Assembly (NCBI GenBank): GCA_951406725.2
Contig: OX597838.1
Location: 7,998,001 to 8,062,000 of the forward strand
Reading direction: 5' to 3'
Source: Octopus vulgaris
Taxonomy: Eukaryota
Length of the DNA: 64,000 nt
Of the stretch, positions 56,690-64,000 are shown one piece after another (position 1 is the first letter of the stretch; every line of letters begins with the position of its first letter). The notes beneath the pieces are model-generated. The model saw only the letters and a list, made by a program, of their open reading frames with translations, was not told the DNA's origin and made no database searches. The translations under genes were made by a program, and so were the position numbers.

Positions 56690-57597
56690 GTGTGCAGCCA
56701 TGTTTTTCTCGAAATCTTTATCACCAGTAACAATCACATTCCTCCACAAATCCCTATTTTATGCAATATCATCGATATTGATCTTTTTAAGTATTAAGAT
56801 TGAAACGCTTACATAGCTTGCACTGGGGACGTTTACTTTACTCTAATTCGCCATACATCACTTGTTTGGTGTGCGAGGATCCACTAAATGGTCAAGATGA
56901 AAAGACCATCTAAGTTGGTGCTTCATAATCATGGACTTGTTTTCATTTTCACCCGCTGCAGTAGCCTCGTATCAAGTATATGAGATCGTCATGAGATCTT
57001 CAGGATATTAAACAAGCTTCGCTGGTGGTGGAAATATTACACAAGCAACGCTATTGGTCGAGACACTGGATGTGCCCGCGCTAGGTTGAGTTAAGTTAAG
57101 TTAAGTTAATTTTTGGGCTCAAAAAGCAAAAAGCAAGGCCATGTAGGGGGACATGGAGTTATGTACAGGGAGGGTGTTCATGCAAAGAGTTCAGGCCATT
57201 TCTGGTCAAGAGAAACTTTGAACCGAGCGGTCGTCGGCATCTTCACTATCTCGTCCAGCAGCTTATTCCACGGATCCGCAACCCGGACGGAGAAAGCCCC
57301 TCTCCTTCGACTGAGATGAAATCGTCGCAGATAGAGTTTTTCGGAGTGACCCCGCAGCCGACGCTCTGGAGCAGGAGTGAAGAACAGCTCTCGCATCCAT
57401 CCATCAGCGTGGTTAAGACACATGCGTTGATAGGCCTCATCTTTCATTGCTGCTTTGATGTCTCATTGAAGCTAGGGCCGCGAGTCAAGGTTTCCAAATG
57501 CATCACAGGCCTCATAGAGTCTACAACTGACCTTCTCGTCAAGTGTATTAAATCTGGATAGTGTACTACCTAGGAAGACAAACTTATAGACGCTTTT
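56690..57597 (-). mobile_element. Old RTE-clade LINE fragment split by a CR1 insertion
   Basis: Minus-strand motifs [42 protein letters not shown] | HQRSLFNILKIS, KQVMYGELE..KRP and DLWRNVIVTGDKDFE. Confidence 0.8.
57086..57391 (-). mobile_element. Young CR1-type LINE 3' end with (TTAAC)n tail, nested in the RTE
   Basis: Encodes ELFFTPAPERRLRGHSEKLYLRRFHL...DQKWPELFA*; near-identical to the 37.7 kb copy. Confidence 0.9.
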
Positions 57598-57618
57598 TAA
57601 ATTTTTACTTTTAATGTA

Positions 57619-57812
57619 CAGGGTGATTCAAAAGTCTCCATACATAGGACAAGTTTATTTTTTGATAAGAAACAGTTTATAAGATCCCCTAGATCCCCTA
57701 GATCCCCTGATCTGACCCCTCTTCGTTATTGTCTTTGGGGGCATTTGAAAGGCACGGTGTATCGCGGAAAGATAAAAGGCATAAATCATTTGAAGGAACG
57801 CATCACCAACTC
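57619..57812 (+). mobile_element. Deleted rosa/DD41D-like Tc1/mariner element
   Basis: A TA-CAGGGTG end joined to PRSPDLTPLRYCLWGHLKGTVYRGKIKGINHLKERITN (SPDLTPLDFxLWG motif). Confidence 0.7.
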
Positions 57813-57948
<136 letters not shown>

Positions 57949-58120
57949 GAGTGAGAGAGCAGTGCATGCCATCAAAGTGACACTGGGGTAAAATATACGA
58001 AGCCCAACATACCCATCATGACTACCCGTCTGATAAGGGTACATCAGGCACATGCATCGCAACCATATGGGCGCGACATGGTGATCTCATATCAAGGTAA
58101 ACAGCGCATGACCTTGCAGG
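57949..58120 (-). mobile_element. 5'-truncated copy of the TAA-embedded element at 21546-22053
   Basis: Shares the same terminus (..CTGCTCTCTCACTC + AATAAT); (TTA)n on both sides. Confidence 0.75.
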
Positions 58121-58128
58121 TATTATTA

Positions 58129-58191
<63 letters not shown>

Positions 58192-58845
58192 GCGAGTTCG
58201 CGAGTTGTGGGGAGCGTGGAGTCACCCCTTAATTGCCATCACTCCCGGGTCCGTTCTCACCTAGAATGGTTGTATCTGCGAACTGCAATCTCAACAGCGG
58301 ATGCAGTTTAATGTCATACTCAAGGCATACATACATATATACATATATAATACATACATACATACATAAACACATACAGACAGACATGCAAACATCAGTG
58401 TGTACTCAATGTTCAACAGAGAAACACTCTTGCATGGTACTTTGTCACAAAAGCGAAAACTCCAAAACAGTAGGAGTTTCATGTTATTAACCTCGATTAA
58501 TCTTCATATTCCATCCAATATCATGATCGCTTAAATTATTTTCAAATGTTGAGCAAACATTCAGTTTCCATATTGTCTTCTTTTTATATTATCATTTTTT
58601 TTTTATTATTCTATAAATCAATATTTTTGTTTTCAATAAATTTAATTTAGAATATAATAATGTTAATTGAAGCAATTAATTGGGTTTCGGGTTTATTTTT
58701 CTTTTAAAAAGGTAAAGCTTGTGATTATTTAAAACTGTAAAAGTTTGCGAATTTGATCTCTGGATCCATATTCTTTAAAGAAACCTGCCAAAATAGAGTA
58801 ATGTTCTATTGTATTTCTTTAAAACACCTTTTACACGACATATGC

Positions 58846-58888
<43 letters not shown>

Positions 58889-58932
58889 TATACATATAAA
58901 TATATATATATTTATATAAACATGTGTAAATA

Positions 58933-58967
<35 letters not shown>

Positions 58968-59015
58968 AATCATGTGTATATAATATATATATATATATGT
59001 ATAAATAAACATATA

Positions 59016-59059
<44 letters not shown>

Positions 59060-59067
59060 CATTCATC

Positions 59068-59105
<38 letters not shown>

Positions 59106-59542
59106 AGACAGGCCTAAGCCATTAACGTATGATATTTCATGAAATATTAAAGTTTAACATTTAAAAGTCAACCATTTTTCTTGAAGTTGTAATTCTTTTG
59201 GGCGTCTTTTTGTTGTTTTTTGTTACTCGTTCATTTGACAGCCTCGAAGGGCTTCGTCGATTATTTTGTTCGTTATTTGTTTATTCATTTTAGCTCGTTG
59301 TGTATTGGGATAATGTGGTGCATATTCGATAGTTCTATAGTTTCGTCTTGTCGAGCTGCTAAGTTACTTGGGGGCGTAAATATGCTAACACCGGTTGTCA
59401 AGTGGTTAGAAGAAAAACAAAACGATGATTAGGCAGCTCTGTTTTCTCGAAATAACAATATTTATCAGTTCGAATTCAGATATTTTTTCACTGAGTGATG
59501 ACATACCGTAGCAAAATAAATTAGGTCCACGCAGATGTAAAC

Positions 59543-60995
59543 AAACGGCAGCCATTTTCGTGAAACAGTAACAATTTTGCCGTCCTAAATCATTTGGTAA
59601 GTGCCCCATAAAAGTGTTATGGGTCAAAAATGTGATTTAACATCAAATGAGAAATCCACCATCGTCTCAGAGTTTTGAAAAACAAAAGCGACATTATAAA
59701 TATCAAAGATCCTGGGAAGAGATCATCGAACCGTGAAGAAATTTTTTGTGTCTTCTGCTTTCCGTTTGAGAGCTGACAAGGGTAAATTGAGGGTTGTTTC
59801 CAGGCGTACCCTGTCACCTATAACGAGGGAAGATGCGAGGAACACGTGTCTGACTAATCAAGAAGAGTTTCAATGTTGTGGTAGGGAAGACATTTCGAAA
59901 TCTAATCCAGGTGTCGCCTCCTGAAGCTGGTAGCCAAGAACGTAAAACCTGTTACAAGGCCCCCGTCTAAAGGTTATTCATAAACAAAATAGAGTCAAAT
60001 GGGCAGAAAACTACATGAAGATAGATTTTTCAAAAGTCCTCTTTACTGACGAATGCCGTGTTACCCTAGATGGACCAGATGGGTGGAGTACAGGATGGGT
60101 TGCAATTAGCTGAAATCGTCCTCATCGTTTGAGACGCCAACAAAGTGTAGGCAGAGTCATGATTTGGGCTGGTATCATTGGAGACAAGTTGGTTGGTCCT
60201 TGGAAAGTTCTGATGCCTATGTTGCCTTTTTGGAGGACAATTTTGAGCCATGGTTGAAGAACCAGTTCCATTAAAGAGAACGCTTCGTCTGCTGTCACGT
60301 TCTGAGTTCAAATTCCATCGAGGTCGACTTTGCCTTTCATCCTTTCGGGGTCGATAAATTAAGTACCAGTTACACACTGGGGTCGACATAATCGACTTAA
60401 TCCGCGCGTCTGTCCTTGTTTGTCCCCCTCTGTGCTTAGCCCCTTGTGGGTAGTAAAGAAATAGGTATTCATGCAAGATAATGCGCCCTCCCAAGCAGCT
60501 AAGAAATCTCTGGAATACCTACAGCAATTAGGCTTTTCTGGACACAGTTTGATGAAGTGGCCAGCGTGTTCACCGGACTTAAACCCGATTGAAAATCTAT
60601 GAAGTATTCTGAAGTGGTACATATATCAAGATGGATGGCAGTTTTCAACGAAAGATGCGCTCTGGGAAGCTATTGTGGATGCTGCTGACAGCATTACACG
60701 AGATGAAATAGTTACCTTAACAAATTCGATGGTTAAACGCGCCAGGACCGTTCCCTTATGTGGAGAATCATTACATCTATCATTAAGAACTTTACGACGT
60801 CATAATTCTCGTATTATTTCCATTCAGACATATAATTATATTCATTATAAAGTCTGTTATGATTATATTTGTTGTTAAAAATTAATTGTCGCATTAAATA
60901 AATGTCTGTTTTTGCATAATTAGCATTTTTATTAGACCTACCTAATAATTTAGGACGGTAAAAATTATGCCTATTAACAAAAATGGCCGTTGTTT
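59543..60995 (+). mobile_element. Decayed Tc1-like transposon with a DD37E transposase (TRT-like)
   Basis: ATG at 59619 (MGQKCDLTSNEKSTIV), then DHRTVKKF, VLFTDECRVTLDGPDGW, VMIWAGIIG and MQDNAPS..37 aa..SPDLNPIENL*. About 60-bp imperfect inverted repeats at 59543-59602 and 60937-60995. Confidence 0.88.
60283..60463 (+). mobile_element. SINE family B inserted in the transposase, just before the second catalytic D
   Basis: The family B body interrupts the transposase frame. Confidence 0.88.
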
Positions 60996-61228
60996 CTTTA
61001 CGTACGGGTGGATCGGATTTATTTTGGTACAGTACATGCAGACGGGTGTTATCACCATGCAGTGGAAAAATATCTGGATTCCAACGAGTAAATACTCTGT
61101 TATTGCGAAAAAACTGAACTGCCTAATATGTATGTATATATATACACGCATTGTATATGTATATATATGTATGTATTTATGTATGTATGTATGTGTATAT
61201 AATGTATTTATATATATAGACGGAGTGT

Positions 61229-61269
<41 letters not shown>

Positions 61270-62079
61270 CATATATATATGTGTATATGTGTGTTTGTGT
61301 GTGCATGTGTGTATGTATGTATTATATATATATATATATATATACATATGCATACGCACACGCACACACAAACACACCCGCAAACATACACAAATACACA
61401 CATATCATCGGCAGACACACAATATGCCTATATACGAACGTACACATACACATGCACACGCACAGACGCTCGGACACACACACACACAGACACACACACA
61501 CAATATACCATATGCCAAGCGTTATTCCCTATCAAATCTATTTAATGAGGATTAGGGATTATTTCGTCATCGAGTGTGAAAAACCTAAAAGACACTTTGT
61601 AAATAGTCCATTAGAGGAGTGTGTACGAATACACCTCCCATCACAACCACCGTCGGCGTACAGACATATGCGTGTGTATGTGCGTTTGTGTGGGAGTTTA
61701 TGTGTGTGCGTGTGTATGTGTGTGTGTGTGTGTGTGCGTGTGTGTGTATGAGATTACACACAGGCATGTACACTTTGCACACTAACACATACACATCAAC
61801 ACACGATAGATAAGTAGATGCATAGAGAGAGAGACGGAGAGAGAGAGACAGATAGTTAGATAGATAGATAGATAGATAGATAAGTATGTATATACATAAA
61901 TGTGTGTATGTATGTATATATACATACATATATATATATGCATTTATATGCACATATATAACTGAATATATATGTAGTTATATTTATGTATGTTTACACA
62001 CAGACATATGTATGTGTATGCATATATGTATGTGTGTGTGTGAGTGTGCGTGTGTGCGTGTGAGTGTGTGTCTGTGTGT

Positions 62080-62125
<46 letters not shown>

Positions 62126-63157
62126 GTGTGTGTGTGAGATGAAATTCTTAGTATGTCTTCTGATTGAAAGCATCATCTGTCAAACCTTTCGTCACAGTTT
62201 GATGTGTTGACAAGACATGGGGCAGGGTTAGCGCCATCTTTCTTCATTTTCTCTCTTTCCCTCTCCTTCCCTCTCTCTCTCTCTCTTCTCCCCCTCGCTA
62301 CCTCTCTCGCTCTCTCTTTCTTTTCTCCCCTCTCTCTCCTTCTCTCTTTCCTTCGTTCTTTCTCAATCTCTCTCTCTCTCTCACCGAGTACCCACCATGC
62401 CCATCTACCCACACAAACACACCTTCAATCTTCGCCTCACCCCTTTCCGGTTTGTTTTCATCACTTTAAAGGATTAAACAATATTGGAGCAATGGCGGAT
62501 CAGAAAGCGTGAAACAGACAGACAGACAGAAACAGGGAGAGAGAGGGTGAGAGAGAGGTGAGACACAGAAAGAGAGAGAGAGAGAGAGAGAGAGAGCGAA
62601 TGGAAGTAATATAAGCCATCTCAACACTAAGACTCTATTGTGCCTCAATCGTCTCCGATCGGCGAATTGGCAGAGTCGTTAGAACGTCAGATAGGAAGTT
62701 TTACAATATTTAATGTGATTCTCTGTTTCCTAAGTTCGAATCTCTCCTCTATTAACTTTCTTTTTTCTTTTTTTAATTCTCTGGGGATCGATAAATAAAA
62801 GACCACAAGGCGGTAGAATGGCTGGATTGCAAGAATCGCCGGACCAGATTCTTCGCGGTCTTTATTCCAACTGTCTTCGTTGTTCTGAGGTCAAATCTCT
62901 CCGAACAAATTCTTGTCTTTTTTATTCTTCCGGAGTCGATGAAAAAGTGCCAATCAAATAGATTGATTGCAAGAACTGGAATAAACGTCAATAAACCGAA
63001 TACCTTGCGGTGTTTTGTGGAACCCCAAAGATCTTCATATGACCCAGAGGGGCCATATGGAACCTGGGACAGAAACACTGCTCGAAATGACTGTCATAAG
63101 GTAGAATTCCTTATAATGATGCAGAGTATAAAAGCTTCATTAGTGTCAAAAACCCTG

Positions 63158-63221
<64 letters not shown>

Positions 63222-63244
63222 AGAATGAATGTTTTTATATATAA

Positions 63245-63470
63245 TGAACGTGAAATACAGGAAGGGACGAACACGGAACACAGACAAATCATTCGAAGCC
63301 TTCAATCTTCAGTCAGACACCGAATCATCATAGCAAATTTCGGCTGTTCAATTCTGATATTTGCTCCAACTCGGCCAGCCCCAAGAAAAAAAACTAAGCT
63401 GTAAGCATTAGATTTCTTGGTAGAAGACAGGAATGTGAACGCACAAGACGGATGTGAATACAAGAGACGA
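63245..63470 (-). repeat. Interspersed repeat homologous to 35525-35770
   Basis: Pairwise similarity read by eye. Confidence 0.7.
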
Positions 63471-63948
63471 AAACGAAATTGAAAACAGTAATGAATAAAC
63501 AAAATATATATAACGGTGGTTGTCATACGACTTTAGACCAAATGAGACAAAAACACAACAACAACATAGCTGGCGTAGAAATAATTACCGTTTCGGTAGC
63601 GGGGACACATGTTGGTCGAGATACGAAGGCCAACAGAATGGTTTAAGAAGCAGCAGGTCGCAGGAGAGAGAGAAAGAGAGACAGAGAGAGAGGGAATCAA
63701 AGAGGGTGGAAGGCAGGGGACAGAATCAGTGACCAAGAGAAAAGGAGAAAGAAGGGATTAAGGAGGATGGGAGGAAGAGGGGAGGAGGATGGGAGGAAGA
63801 GAGGGAAGAATCGGAGGGCGCCAAAAAGTTTGGTGAAGAAGCAATGGCGGGTAGTAAAAGACAGTGTGTATAGAAGTCGTGCAGGGTTTAAAATTGGACA
63901 AACAAACGGGGGGGTGCACGTAACGCCGCAATAATATAAGAATGAATG

Positions 63949-64000
<52 letters not shown>

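Noticed and set aside
62153-62220. Possible pre-miRNA hairpin (ATGTCTT...AAGACAT)
   Set aside because: Pairing is fragmentary, with no continuous ~22-bp stem and no recognisable miRNA.
63580-63660. Minus-strand CCGAAACGGTA hammerhead-like 3' half
   Set aside because: No CUGANGA core or stem I could be placed upstream.

Overview
Eukaryotic, extremely microsatellite-rich DNA with no supportable host protein-coding exon. The SINE families and simple-repeat load resemble an octopus/coleoid genome, but this is an inference. Nearly all ORFs in the supplied track are translations of simple repeats. The non-satellite sequence is a mosaic of tRNA-derived SINEs (at least four families), decayed LINEs (CR1-type, RTE-type, and R4/Dong-like RLE elements next to microsatellites), and decayed Tc1/mariner elements, including a DD37E transposase. 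Short islands of apparently unique sequence rich in transcription-factor-like motifs lie between the repeats. The most notable signal is a set of short, ORF-less, microsatellite-anchored repeats carrying type I hammerhead-ribozyme folds. One has a fully canonical catalytic core (42902-42989, minus). Five are minimal, Penelope-type folds with variant cores and compensatory stem changes (2.9, 9.3, 44.6, 48.7 and 53.7 kb). A spacer-less 204-bp palindrome and other fold-backs are also present. Coordinates were read by eye, and repeat boundaries are approximate.
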